This document shows, piece after piece, positions 18,214 through 28,423 of a stretch of DNA of 64,000 nucleotides. Location of the stretch: NCBI GenBank assembly GCA_037445735.1, contig JBBIJY010000008.1:32001-96000 (forward strand), written 5' to 3'. The notes under the pieces were generated by a model. It was given only the letters and a program-made list of their open reading frames with translations, did not search any database and was not told the DNA's origin. The position numbers and the translations under genes were made by a program. The DNA is from Armatimonadota bacterium. Lineage in GTDB: Bacteria > Armatimonadota > Fimbriimonadia > Fimbriimonadales > GBS-DC. Each line of letters starts with the position of its first letter. The first letter of the stretch is position 1.

Positions 18214-20202
18214 ATGAATCGAATCGGCTGGATGGTGGGGCTGGGGTTATTGTTGATCGGGATCGGCTGGTGGCTGATGCGCCCCAGAGCCAGCCCCATC
18301 GAACAGCCACAGGAGGCACCCGCGATGCAGGATCGGCTAACCGCGCCCGATTTTCCCGAAGGGCTGGAATGGCTCAACACCGACCGACCGCTCAGCCTGC
18401 GCGACCTGCGCGGCAAAGTGGTGCTGCTCGACTTCTGGACCTACTGCTGCATCAACTGCATGCACATCCTGCCCGACCTCAAACGGCTGGAACGCAAATA
18501 TCCCGACGAGCTGGTGGTCATCGGTGTCCACTCCGCCAAGTTCTTCACCGAGCAGGACTCGCGCAACATCCGTCAGGCGATTTTGCGCTATGAGATTGAG
18601 CATCCCGTCGTGAACGATAACCAGATGCTCATCTGGGATCGCTACGGTGTGCGCGCCTGGCCCACACTGGTGCTGATCGACCCGCAGGGCAAAATCGTCT
18701 ATTACCGTTCGGGCGAGGGGGTCTATGCGGCGTTTGACCCGATTATCGCGAAGGTGATAGCGGAGTTCGACAGGCGCGGTCTGCTGGATCGCACGCCGCT
18801 CAGGTTCAAGCTGGAGCGCGAGCGCAAGCCCGTCACCCCGCTCAACTTCCCTGGCAAGGTGCTGGCAGATGAAGCCACCAATCGCCTCTTTATTGCCGAT
18901 TCGAATCACCATCGCATCGTGGTGCTGTCGCTGAAGGACAACAGCGTGCAGATGGTGATTGGCAGTGGTCAGCCGGGCTTGCAGGATGGCGATTTTGATG
19001 CTGCCCGCTTTCGCAACCCGCAGGGTATGGCGTTTGACCCTGCCACCGAAACGCTCTATATTGCCGACACCGACAATCACGCCATTCGCAAAGCCGACCT
19101 GCGCACACGCAGGGTGGAGACGCTGGCGGGCACAGGCGAACAGAGCCGCTTCTACCCACCGCAGGCAGGCGCTGGCAAGCAGACCGCGCTCAGCTCCCCA
19201 TGGGATGTGGTGCTGCATGGGGAGATGCTCTATATCGCGATGGCGGGCTGCCACCAGCTCTGGCGACTGAACCTGCGCACGGGTCGCGTCGAGCCGCACG
19301 CAGGTACAGGGCGCGAAGCGCTCATCGATGCGCCGCTGGCTATGGCGGCGCTGGCACAACCCTCGGGCATCGCCACCGACGGCACGCGCCTCTATTTTGC
19401 CGATAGCGAGGTCAGCAGCATTCGCGCCGCCGATATCGACCCGAACGGGCGTGTGGAGACGCTGGTCGGCGGCGACCTGTTCGACTTCGGCGACCGCGAT
19501 GGCGTCGGGCGGGAGGCACGCCTGCAGCATCCACTCGGCGTCGCTTACTATAATGGCATGCTCTATGTCGCCGACACCTACAACAACAAAATCAAGCGCC
19601 TGGATCCCCGCACGCGGCGCATCGAGACATTTCTGGGCACGGGCGAAGAGGGCGCACGCGACGGTGAGAACCCCACCTTCGATGAGCCAGGCGGACTGAG
19701 CGTGGCGCACGGCAAGCTCTACATCGCGGACACCAACAACCACCGCATTCGTGTGGCGGATTTGCAGACCCGTCGCGTGTCGACGCTGGTCATCCGGGGG
19801 CTGGAGCAGCTGAAACCGCCAGCGGCAGTGATGCGCCCGCAGGTGATGGAGCTGCCCGAAGCGGCGGTCGCGCCTGAAAACAGCCGTCTGCGCCTGCAGA
19901 TTCGCCTGCCGGACGGCTACAAGCTCAATCCGAACGCTCCGTCGCGCGTATCTATCAAGGTTAGCGGTGCCACCGTCGATGGGCAAACCGAGATCAACCG
20001 TCCCCTGACCACCACCACGCTGGAGCTGCCGCTGAAACTCAGCGGGCGTACCGCCACGCTGGAGATCGACCTGCTGCTTTACTACTGCCAGAGCGGGCGC
20101 GAGGCACTCTGCTTCATTCGCGAAGCCCAGCTCAAACAGCCCCTGCGACAGAATGGCAACTCCGCCACCGTCTCCATCGAATACACCGTGGCGCCGCCCT
20201 GA
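18214..20202 (+). CDS. Thioredoxin-like plus NHL-repeat protein (NHLRC2/SOQ1-like)
   Basis: LDFWTYCCINCMH, GVHSAKF, repeated LYIADT.NH.IR; N-terminal TM/signal. Confidence 0.93.
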   Translation: MNRIGWMVGLGLLLIGIGWWLMRPRASPIEQPQEAPAMQDRLTAPDFPEGLEWLNTDRPLSLRDLRGKVVLLDFWTYCCINCMHILPDLKRLERKYPDELVVIGVHSAKFFTEQDSRNIRQAILRYEIEHPVVNDNQMLIWDRYGVRAWPTLVLIDPQGKIVYYRSGEGVYAAFDPIIAKVIAEFDRRGLLDRTPLRFKLERERKPVTPLNFPGKVLADEATNRLFIADSNHHRIVVLSLKDNSVQMVIGSGQPGLQDGDFDAARFRNPQGMAFDPATETLYIADTDNHAIRKADLRTRRVETLAGTGEQSRFYPPQAGAGKQTALSSPWDVVLHGEMLYIAMAGCHQLWRLNLRTGRVEPHAGTGREALIDAPLAMAALAQPSGIATDGTRLYFADSEVSSIRAADIDPNGRVETLVGGDLFDFGDRDGVGREARLQHPLGVAYYNGMLYVADTYNNKIKRLDPRTRRIETFLGTGEEGARDGENPTFDEPGGLSVAHGKLYIADTNNHRIRVADLQTRRVSTLVIRGLEQLKPPAAVMRPQVMELPEAAVAPENSRLRLQIRLPDGYKLNPNAPSRVSIKVSGATVDGQTEINRPLTTTTLELPLKLSGRTATLEIDLLLYYCQSGREALCFIREAQLKQPLRQNGNSATVSIEYTVAPP

Positions 20203-20278
20203 CCCTGGGTGTGCCGCACATCCGCTGACGTGGCAGGCTGGCTGTCATCCTGCGCGGGGGTAAGCAGCGTGAGACGCG

Positions 20279-20305
20279 GCAGGAATCGACGATTGCGGGG
20301 CGAAT
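20279..20305 (+). promoter_or_regulatory. Sigma-H-like promoter
   Basis: GCAGGAAT with GAAT exactly 17 nt after AGGA, just upstream of ATG 20319. Confidence 0.6.
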
Positions 20306-20318
20306 CTTTTCAGGTGCT

Positions 20319-21287
20319 ATGCCGTACCTGCCATACGCAGTGGAGCGCCCCGACCGCTATCGGGTGCGGGTGGAGCAGTATGTTCACTATCGGCGTGAGG
20401 GCTACCTGAAGGTGGAGGGGCTGGTTCCACCTGAAGATGTGGCGCGCCTGCGCGAATGGGCAGACTCACGCTGGCAACCGCCCGAATCGCTGGAGCAGCC
20501 CGAAAAAGCCGCCCTCCACCAGGTGCCAAAGGGCACGCGCGTGCACCAGATCCATCGCGTCGATCCCGTCGCCGAGTGGGGATTGCTGCACCCGCGCGTT
20601 CTGGATGTGCTGGAAGCCCTCATCGGTCCCGATGTGCTGGCTCTGCAGACGATGCTGTTCTACAACCCGCCGGGCACGGGCGGTCAGGGCTGGCATCAGG
20701 ATTCGTTCTACATCACGACCTATCCCGATACGCTGATTGGCGCGTGGCTGGCGATTGACCCCGCCGACGAGGAGAACGGCTGCCTGTGGGTCATTCCCGG
20801 CTCGCACTGTGAACCGATCTATCCGCCACCCTACACGCCGTTCGGGCAGGTGCATGCGGCGAACGCCTTCGAAGATTTGCACGCGGTGGAGAATGTGAGC
20901 CATCTGGACGACGAGCTGAACACGCTGACGCGCGTTGCCCGCAAATATCCGCCGCCCATCCCTGTGCCGATGGCGCCGGGCGATGTGCTGTTCTTTGACG
21001 GGCATCTGCTGCATCGTTCCTATCCGAACCGCACGCGGGATCGGTGGCGGCGCTCATTTGTGTGCCACTACTGCAACGCGCGCTCGTGGGTGCCGTGGAA
21101 TCATGGGGAGCCGTTCGAGGGCGACAGCGCGAACTATCTGCACATTCTGGCGCGGGGCAGCACGCACCTGCCGTATGCCCGCCCGAAGTTCGGCACGCGC
21201 GTCGACCTCTACTCGCCCGATCTGGCGCCGGGCGCACCGCCCCCACGCATGATGGGCGACACCGAAGGGAATATGGGCATGGGATGA
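20319..21287 (+). CDS. Phytanoyl-CoA dioxygenase (PhyH) family protein
   Basis: WHQD, WLAID, NGCLWVIPGSH, GDVLFF..LLHRS. Confidence 0.92.
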   Translation: MPYLPYAVERPDRYRVRVEQYVHYRREGYLKVEGLVPPEDVARLREWADSRWQPPESLEQPEKAALHQVPKGTRVHQIHRVDPVAEWGLLHPRVLDVLEALIGPDVLALQTMLFYNPPGTGGQGWHQDSFYITTYPDTLIGAWLAIDPADEENGCLWVIPGSHCEPIYPPPYTPFGQVHAANAFEDLHAVENVSHLDDELNTLTRVARKYPPPIPVPMAPGDVLFFDGHLLHRSYPNRTRDRWRRSFVCHYCNARSWVPWNHGEPFEGDSANYLHILARGSTHLPYARPKFGTRVDLYSPDLAPGAPPPRMMGDTEGNMGMG

Positions 21288-23920
21288 GGCGCGAATGGCT
21301 GCTCGCACTGCTGTGGGGGCTGATGGGCACATCGGCACAGGCTGAACCGCGCCTGCGATTCGATGGCGTGTTCACGCGCCAGGCGGTGCTGCGCCCCGGC
21401 GAAACGGCGGAGGGCATCGCTTTCATCCGCAACATCGGCAAAGATACATGGCGCGGCGACACCCTGCGCCTGGAGCTGACCCCGATTCAGGATGCGCAGG
21501 TGCTCAAACGCCCCGAAGCCGACTTCGAGCAGCTGGAGCCGGGCGAGCGGGGCGCAGTGCGCTTTCGCATCCGTGTGGGGGCGCAACCGAAGCTGGCGCT
21601 GCTGCTGCGCTCCCGCGCGGGCAACGACGCCTTCATCCTGATGCCTGTGGTCGCCAGCCTGCCGCCCGATGTGCCCGCTTCAGGGCGCCTCGCCCGCAAG
21701 TTCGGCTCACACCTCGTGCTGCAGAACGAGCAGCTGCGCCTGGTGCTGAGTCCCGCATCGGCGTCAGGGCTGTGTGCGCGGCTGTTCGGCAGGCAGGGCG
21801 AGCGCTGGGTGCTGCTGGCTACCATGCCGACCATCGCCGACGCGATTCTGAACGCCGAGAACGCGCCGCCGAAGCCTGCGCCCTTCATGCTGGAAGACGC
21901 CTCGCTGGATGAGCCGAACCTGCGCCTGCTGCTGCAGGGGCGGATGGGGCTGGTCGGGCGCGTTCAGATCGAGTTTCGCCTGAACGCCAATCGGCTGGAG
22001 TGCCTTGCCCGCCTGACCAGCATCGTGAATGCGCATCTCTATCGGTTCTGTTTCCCCGACTGGCGCATCGGCGACGGCTCATTCGGCGAGCGCAAAGAGG
22101 AGGCGCTCTTTCCCGGACTGGAGTATCTGCTCGACGGTGAGCGCTCTTCGGGTGAGGCGAACGCCGCGCCTCCGCACCATCTGCGCTTTGCGCCCCATCC
22201 GTACAAAATCACGATACCGATGATGGCACTACGCTGGCGCAACTGGCTCGTTCAGCTGAGCTGGGACGCTCAGCGGAGCTGGTCAGGCGTGCTGACCGCG
22301 CCGAACGCGCTTTTTCTCTCGCCCAACTGGCTGGAGGGCGGCGCGCATCACCGCTTCGCGCTGTGGGTGCCCACCATCCCGCGCTGGGCAGATGAAAACA
22401 GCCTGCAGGCGCGTGAGCCGTTCCGCATGCTTAAAGAGGAACCCGTCACGCTCAGCGCGACGCTGATGGTGCGCTCCGGATCCCGCGACAGCAGCGAGGC
22501 AGTGGAAACCTATCTCCAGCAGTACGGCGTGCCCTATCCGCCCGCGCCCCAGCGCAACGACGCTCAGGCGCTGACGCTCAGCCTCAAAGGGCTGATTAAC
22601 AGCTGGGACGCCAATCAGCGTGCGTGGCGACACACCAACACGGGACCCGTGTTCTATGACCCGCTGGTCGCGCTCGGCTTGTGGGTGCTGGCGCATCGGT
22701 TGCCACCCGACGATTCGAACCGTCAGCGCGCCGTTGAGCAGGTGCGCTCGGCGGCGGAAGCCGTCGGTCCCGAATCGCTCGGCTGGGAACTGGCGTTCTA
22801 TGTGGGGCGGTTGCCCACCGTGCTGAACAGCTGGGCACAGAGCATTCGTGCGACGGTACGGGCGCAGCGGGACGACGGCAGCTGGGCATGGCAGCCGCCC
22901 AGCGAGCGGCATGCGCGGCTCGGCAAAGCGGGCGACACCTCCAGCGGATACACGGGCGAGCGGGCAGCGCAGGTCGGACGCTACGCGCTTGCCACTCTGG
23001 AACCTGACGCGCTGCAGAGCCTGCGCCGCGCGCTCCGCTACCTCGCCCAGCAGCGTCGCCCCGAAGGCGCCCAGACATGGGAGCTACCCCTGCATGTGCC
23101 TGACCTGCTCGCCGCGCCGCACGGCATCAACGCCTGCCTGAACGCCTGTGAAGCGACGGGCGACGCTCAATACCTTCAGCAGGCGCGGCGCTGGGCGCTG
23201 CGCGGCGTGCCCTTCATCTACCTCTGGCGGGCAGCTGATCGCCCCATCATGCTCGGCGCCAGCATCCCCGTGTTCGGCGTTACTTGGCTCTCCCAGCAGC
23301 CGTGGTTCGGCGTCGCCGTGCAGTGGAACGGACTGGTGTACGCCCATGCGCTCTACCGCCTTGCAGAGTACGACACCACCCTCGCCTGGCGTCAGCTGGC
23401 GGACACCATCACCATGTGTGCCGTTCAACAGCAGGAGTGGATCACCGAGCGCTATCCCGCCGATGAGGGCTTCTATCCCGATGCGTTCAGCATCACGCGC
23501 GGCACCGAGGAGTATCACTGGGATTTGAACCCGCGCCTGATCCCGCCCTGCCTCGCCCGCAAAATGGGCTTTGCGATTGAGCCAGTCACGCGCGTGGTGC
23601 GTGCCGACGGACGCCCGATCGCCGTCACCGCGCCCGGCTTGAAAAACGCGCGCTGGGAGGCGAACCGCCTGACCCTCGAGATAGAGCCGCCCGCGGAACT
23701 GCCCGCGCTGTTTGTGCTGGTCAGCGGACTGCCATCAGCAGAGCAGGTGCTGCTCAACGGTCAGCCGCTGTCCCCCGTGAACGACATGGACACGCTCATC
23801 TGGCAGCAGCCGAGCCTGATCAGCGGCTATGCCCGCCACCCGAAAGGGATGATTATCCGAATCGTGAACCCCACGCCCACCCTCAACCTTCAGCTCCCCT
23901 TGAAGGGGGAGGGGGATTAA
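21284..23920 (+). CDS. Large secreted hypothetical protein, possibly with an (alpha/alpha)-barrel region
   Basis: Signal peptide from ATG 21284 (ATGA overlap); QRDDGSW; aromatic-rich C-terminal half. Confidence 0.8.
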   Translation: MRREWLLALLWGLMGTSAQAEPRLRFDGVFTRQAVLRPGETAEGIAFIRNIGKDTWRGDTLRLELTPIQDAQVLKRPEADFEQLEPGERGAVRFRIRVGAQPKLALLLRSRAGNDAFILMPVVASLPPDVPASGRLARKFGSHLVLQNEQLRLVLSPASASGLCARLFGRQGERWVLLATMPTIADAILNAENAPPKPAPFMLEDASLDEPNLRLLLQGRMGLVGRVQIEFRLNANRLECLARLTSIVNAHLYRFCFPDWRIGDGSFGERKEEALFPGLEYLLDGERSSGEANAAPPHHLRFAPHPYKITIPMMALRWRNWLVQLSWDAQRSWSGVLTAPNALFLSPNWLEGGAHHRFALWVPTIPRWADENSLQAREPFRMLKEEPVTLSATLMVRSGSRDSSEAVETYLQQYGVPYPPAPQRNDAQALTLSLKGLINSWDANQRAWRHTNTGPVFYDPLVALGLWVLAHRLPPDDSNRQRAVEQVRSAAEAVGPESLGWELAFYVGRLPTVLNSWAQSIRATVRAQRDDGSWAWQPPSERHARLGKAGDTSSGYTGERAAQVGRYALATLEPDALQSLRRALRYLAQQRRPEGAQTWELPLHVPDLLAAPHGINACLNACEATGDAQYLQQARRWALRGVPFIYLWRAADRPIMLGASIPVFGVTWLSQQPWFGVAVQWNGLVYAHALYRLAEYDTTLAWRQLADTITMCAVQQQEWITERYPADEGFYPDAFSITRGTEEYHWDLNPRLIPPCLARKMGFAIEPVTRVVRADGRPIAVTAPGLKNARWEANRLTLEIEPPAELPALFVLVSGLPSAEQVLLNGQPLSPVNDMDTLIWQQPSLISGYARHPKGMIIRIVNPTPTLNLQLPLKGEGD

Positions 23921-23950
23921 GGAGGCTCCCCCTCCCGGTGGGAAAATGGG
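23868..23950. repeat. Degenerate family A repeat/hairpin between convergent genes
   Basis: CTCCCCTT-GAAGGGGGAG hairpin overlapping the last codons (LPLKGEGD) of the upstream gene. Confidence 0.55.
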
Positions 23951-23957
23951 TTGAAAC

Positions 23958-25145
23958 TCAGAGGCGGCTGGCAGAGGAACCCGCCTCGATGAGGTACCAG
24001 CGGTCACCCACGCGCTCGAAGGTATAGGAGATATAGACCAGCCGCAGGGTTCCCGTCGCCTCGTCGATGTAGCGGTGTTCACCGCGCACTACCATCTGGC
24101 TCTCGCCGCGCTTGCTGACGCGATAGAAGGTGAGCTGCTCGGTTTTGACAGCGCGAATCGCATCGCGGGTGATAGCCAGGAAGTCCTCCGCCGGCAGCGA
24201 GTAGGCGTATTTGCCCTCCAGATAGATGGCGATGTAGCTGTTCGGTCGGATGTAGCGCTCCAGCAGGCTGGGATCGCGCAGGATCCATGCGTGGCGGATG
24301 TCGCTCAGCAGCTGCTGGCGGTCATCCACAGACTGGCTGGGTCGCTCCAGATAGTAAGGCGTCGTGATGTAGACGGGCACCTCCACATAGATGACATGCG
24401 GGGGCGGGATATAGACAATGCGATAGACCGGAATAAAGGGCGGGCACGGATCATAGTACCAGTAGGGCGCGTAGCAGACGCGGTATGGCTCCGGTGTGTA
24501 GCAGTAGTAGCGGTAGCCGAAGCTGAAGGCGCCGCCGCGATACTCGTAGTAGAACTCGTAGCCCGACGAGCGCGGAGGCAGAATGACAAATCGCTGCCAG
24601 CGGCGCGGGTCGAGCCCCTCGGTGCGGCTGACCAGCGCGGGCAGGTTCCCCTCGCTCAGCGGCACAGGACGGTTCAGCACAGGCTGGGAGTTAATCGGCA
24701 CCGGCTGGGAGTTGAGCGGCACGCGCTGGGGATTGTTCAGCACAGGCTGAGAGTTAAGGGGCACCTGGCGCGGATCTGGTGGCGGGGTGTAGGGATTGCC
24801 CTGCGGGTTGCCAAACCCACCCGGTTGCTGATCGCGTGGCTTTTTGCGGAACGGGTCATTATCAGGCGGCGGTGCAGGTTGATTGGCAGGTTGCGGGTTG
24901 CTGTAGCCGCGATTCGGGTTCACCGGCTGAGGCTTGTTGCCGCCCTGATTGTCGACGGGGCGCGGCTTGTTGCCATCGTCCCTGTGAAACGGTGAGGACT
25001 GCCCCTCGTTCGCGCTGCGCGTCGGCGCAGGCTTGTTGTCCCCCTTCTTGCCTTCGGTCTTGCCTGCCAGCTTTTTGAGGTCGTCGGCTGCCGCAAGGCT
25101 CAGGGAGAGCGCAACGATGCTCACCAGACTCAGAATCCGTATCAT
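23958..25145 (-). CDS. Secreted hypothetical protein: N/Q/P-rich region, Tyr/Pro-rich region, possible NTF2-like C-terminal domain
   Basis: Signal peptide; NSQPV three times; C-terminal YTFERVGDRWYLIE. Confidence 0.82.
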   Translation of the reverse strand: MIRILSLVSIVALSLSLAAADDLKKLAGKTEGKKGDNKPAPTRSANEGQSSPFHRDDGNKPRPVDNQGGNKPQPVNPNRGYSNPQPANQPAPPPDNDPFRKKPRDQQPGGFGNPQGNPYTPPPDPRQVPLNSQPVLNNPQRVPLNSQPVPINSQPVLNRPVPLSEGNLPALVSRTEGLDPRRWQRFVILPPRSSGYEFYYEYRGGAFSFGYRYYCYTPEPYRVCYAPYWYYDPCPPFIPVYRIVYIPPPHVIYVEVPVYITTPYYLERPSQSVDDRQQLLSDIRHAWILRDPSLLERYIRPNSYIAIYLEGKYAYSLPAEDFLAITRDAIRAVKTEQLTFYRVSKRGESQMVVRGEHRYIDEATGTLRLVYISYTFERVGDRWYLIEAGSSASRL

Positions 25146-25273
25146 TCTGGATCACCGTCCTTCGATATTATACCCCACAGTGGGGATGCCGAACTGCATC
25201 TTTTGGCACGCCATCGAGTAAGACGCCGGGTGGGTCATGATGTTTCACCCGTGAAAAGGTAAACTTCTGGCGC

Positions 25274-26032
25274 ATGGACGGCATCATTCTGGTGATGCTG
25301 GTGTGGCTACTGGCGGCGTTGTGGGTGTTCGCGCTCATTATGATGGGCATTACGGGCGATATATCGCCCTCGGAGGCGATTCTGGGTTCGGCGATTGCCG
25401 TGCTGCTGGCGTTCGCCGCCGCCCGTCAGGCGTTTCCCTACGCGGGGCTGTTCGCGTTGCTCACGCTCAGCATCGGCGCAGTCGCCCTGCCTGTGGGACG
25501 CAACTATCTCAATCGTCAGGCGCACGCCCAGATCGATTCGGAGCTGATGGAGCGCGCCTGCCGCGCCGTCGAGTTCGACCCGAAAAACTGGGGCGCGCTC
25601 ATCCAGCTGGCAAACCTGTGCTATCGACACGACCTGATGGAGCATGCAGTGCATTACATGGAGCAGGCGGTGCAGATGGCACCGCTCTATACCTATAGCG
25701 AGAAGCGCACCCTGCGCGACTGGCAGCACGAGTTAGACCAGTTCGGCAGGCGATACGGCTTCACGCCATGTTTGAACTGCGGCATGCGCAACCCGATTGG
25801 CGCGTTGCGCTGTGCCCAGTGTGGTGAGCTGCTGCTGCCCCTGCTGGTGCGCGGACGCTGGATTCCCAAACGGCTGATGGTCAAAGTGGTGCGCGTGTGG
25901 GTCATCAGCACGGTGGGCGTCAGCGCGAGCCTGATTGCCGCCGATCACCTGCCTGGCACGGTGGCGGTCGTCGCTGTGCCGCTGATTCTGCTGTTGACGG
26001 GAGGCTCGATTCTGTGGGTGTTGCGCAGGTGA
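25274..26032 (+). CDS. Membrane protein with TPR and zinc ribbon
   Basis: Three N-terminal TMs, TPR-like helices, CLNCG..CAQCG, two C-terminal TMs. Confidence 0.82.
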   Translation: MDGIILVMLVWLLAALWVFALIMMGITGDISPSEAILGSAIAVLLAFAAARQAFPYAGLFALLTLSIGAVALPVGRNYLNRQAHAQIDSELMERACRAVEFDPKNWGALIQLANLCYRHDLMEHAVHYMEQAVQMAPLYTYSEKRTLRDWQHELDQFGRRYGFTPCLNCGMRNPIGALRCAQCGELLLPLLVRGRWIPKRLMVKVVRVWVISTVGVSASLIAADHLPGTVAVVAVPLILLLTGGSILWVLRR

Positions 26033-27132
26033 TAAGACGGCTCCGATATACCCTGCCGCCCTTCACGCGGCTGGACCGCTACCTGCTGCGTGAGATGCTG
26101 GTGCCGCTGGGTATCGGCACGGGCGCGGTCGTGCTGATGCTCATCGGCAACCTGCTGTTTAACTACGCGCAGATATTTTTCAGCTACGGTGTGCCGCTGA
26201 TGGCGGTGGCGCAGCTGGTGCTGTATTACACGCCCTACCTGCTGGTGTTGAGCCTGCCCGTAGGGACAGCGGTCGCGGTGTCGCTCACGGTCAATCGTCT
26301 CACGCGCGACAGCGAGATCACCGTGATGCGCATGGCGGGTATTAGCCTGCGCCGAATCTTTTTGCCGCTGCTGCTGATGGGGCTGCTGCTGTCGGGGCTG
26401 AACTACTGGCTGAACGAGCGCGTGGTGCCGCCCGCGATGCGCCAGTTCTATCGGTTGCGCAACCGCATGTTGCTGCTGGCGCCCGTGCCGACCATCACCA
26501 GCAACGCCGTGCTGAAGGTACAGAACTACGCGGTGGTGATTGGCATCGCGCAGGAGACGGGTGGGCGCGTGCTGATGGAGGAGGTGATCCTGATTGAGCA
26601 GCGCGGGCGGGGCGAATGGCTGGTGATTCAGGCGCCGCGCGGCACCTACAAAGACGGCATCTGGGAGCTGGAACGCCCGAAACTGCACTACTATCGCGCC
26701 GATGGCACTGTGATCGATGTGCGCTCGCCCCGAAAACTTGTGCTGAACCTGCAGGTTGCCCTGCAGGACTTTTTCGCCGCGCCTGAACCCGAGGAGCTGA
26801 CCCGTGCGCAGTTAGGCGAGCAGATCGAGCGCAATCGGCAGATGGGCGCTCGCAACCCGCGGCTGGAGGTGAGTTACCATCTGAAGGTGGCGGTGCCTGT
26901 GGCGTGTTTCATTCTGGCGCTGTGCAGTCCGATGTTGAGCCTGTGGCTGGCGCGGGCAGGCAGCTTCGTCGGCGTGCTGCTGGCTATCGTGCTGGTGTTC
27001 GTGTTCTGGAACACACTGCTGCTCTTTCAGATTCTGGGCAATCAGGGTCTGTTGCCGCCGATGCTGGCGGCGTGGATGCCCAACCTGCTGTTTGGCGCGG
27101 GCGGGTTTTATCTGCTCTATCGTTCCGAATAG
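26029..27132 (+). CDS. LptF/LptG family permease
   Basis: LDRYLLREM, RDSEITVMRMAGISL, AAWMPNLLF; GTGA overlap start. Confidence 0.92.
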   Translation: MIRRLRYTLPPFTRLDRYLLREMLVPLGIGTGAVVLMLIGNLLFNYAQIFFSYGVPLMAVAQLVLYYTPYLLVLSLPVGTAVAVSLTVNRLTRDSEITVMRMAGISLRRIFLPLLLMGLLLSGLNYWLNERVVPPAMRQFYRLRNRMLLLAPVPTITSNAVLKVQNYAVVIGIAQETGGRVLMEEVILIEQRGRGEWLVIQAPRGTYKDGIWELERPKLHYYRADGTVIDVRSPRKLVLNLQVALQDFFAAPEPEELTRAQLGEQIERNRQMGARNPRLEVSYHLKVAVPVACFILALCSPMLSLWLARAGSFVGVLLAIVLVFVFWNTLLLFQILGNQGLLPPMLAAWMPNLLFGAGGFYLLYRSE

Positions 27133-27138
27133 GCTCGG

Positions 27139-28356
27139 CTAAAAGGCGAGCCGGATCGATTCGCTCCAGATGAGACGACGCAGGGCTTCGCGCACCTGCG
27201 TGGCGACCTCCTCTTTGCTGCGTCCTGCTAACTGCGCGTCCGATTCGGTGATGCGCACCAGCTCTGCCCCGCGCACCAGCACTGCCTGTCGATCGGGCGC
27301 GAGCTGAATCTCGTACAGCTCGATGCCATCGTCCAGCAGGCGGTTCAGCTTCTGCGCCAGCAGGATTGCCCGTTCGCGCGAGCTGCCCAGTTGCGTGTCG
27401 TCCGCTGGTTCGAAGATGTCGATTTTTTCGTAGCGCACGCGATAGAGTCCGTTTGGCTGGTCGGGCTGGATGGGCACTGCCTGCACGCGCAGGGCGGGGC
27501 TAACCTCGCGGCGGCGGATGGGAATGCCGTACGCCTGCAGCGCCTGGCGCAGTCGCTCCACGCGCTCGCGCGACACCGGGTGCGTGCGGAAGATGCCCCA
27601 GTCGATTTGCGGGCGGCGCCGCTCCTCGGATGCCAGCCGCTCCATGAACACCAGCATCCCCACGGGGTTGTAGGGCGAGCGGCGCAGGTACTCTAAGGCG
27701 GTCAGGTCGGCGTCGGTCTCCGCCTCCTGACTGAACGCGCTCACCTTCGCGATCCGATACAGCTGCGCGCCCAGCGCCACATTCATAAAATCGTCCGAGG
27801 GCAGCCGTCCCAGAAGCCCTACCAGAATTGCCGGCAGCAGCACGCTCTGCTGAACCCTGTTGTCAGCGCGAATGAGCGCCATCACATGGCGATGGTCGGC
27901 ATGCGCTATCTCGTGCGCAATCACGCCCGCCAGCTCATCGTCGCTGGAGACCACCTCCAGCAGACCCCTGTTGATAAACACAAAGCCGCCTGGCACCGAA
28001 AAAGCGTTCACATCCTTCTCGTCGATGATACGGAAGGTGTATTCGAAGGGTGCTGGTCCGGGCTCGCCCCAGTGCGCTTCGGTGTGCGTCTGGCGGGCAA
28101 TCGCTGCCAGCGTCTGCCCGATGCGGTTCACCCGCTCCACCAGCTCCGGATCCGTGACGAACCTGTATTGTTTCTCGATTTCGGCGACAATCTTCTTACC
28201 CAGTTCGATTTCTTCGCGGTCGCGCGCGGTCAGGGGCGGCTGGTTGGCAGGCGCGCTTTGCGAAGGCGTTTGACCACCCCCGCCGCTCATCAACAGGGCT
28301 ATCAGCGCCATCAGGCTGAACCCCTTCAGTCCCAAAGGCAGTCTGGTCGCATGCAT
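27139..28356 (-). CDS. M48 family metallopeptidase
   Basis: NAFSVPGG, HEIAH, ETDAD, RTHP; start uncertain. Confidence 0.9.
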   Translation of the reverse strand: MHATRLPLGLKGFSLMALIALLMSGGGGQTPSQSAPANQPPLTARDREEIELGKKIVAEIEKQYRFVTDPELVERVNRIGQTLAAIARQTHTEAHWGEPGPAPFEYTFRIIDEKDVNAFSVPGGFVFINRGLLEVVSSDDELAGVIAHEIAHADHRHVMALIRADNRVQQSVLLPAILVGLLGRLPSDDFMNVALGAQLYRIAKVSAFSQEAETDADLTALEYLRRSPYNPVGMLVFMERLASEERRRPQIDWGIFRTHPVSRERVERLRQALQAYGIPIRRREVSPALRVQAVPIQPDQPNGLYRVRYEKIDIFEPADDTQLGSSRERAILLAQKLNRLLDDGIELYEIQLAPDRQAVLVRGAELVRITESDAQLAGRSKEEVATQVREALRRLIWSESIRLAF

Positions 28357-28423
28357 CGGCTCTCGCTCCGACTCTATTATACGCGATTCGCGGGCAAAGG
28401 TGGCACGCGAATCGCCCGCGCCT

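Noticed and set aside
18337-19986. Long antisense or shadow ORFs (also 302-1303, 1291-2328, 43138-44529, 53614-55188, 58984-60153)
   Set aside because: These are expected opposite well-supported genes in high-GC DNA and show no motifs.
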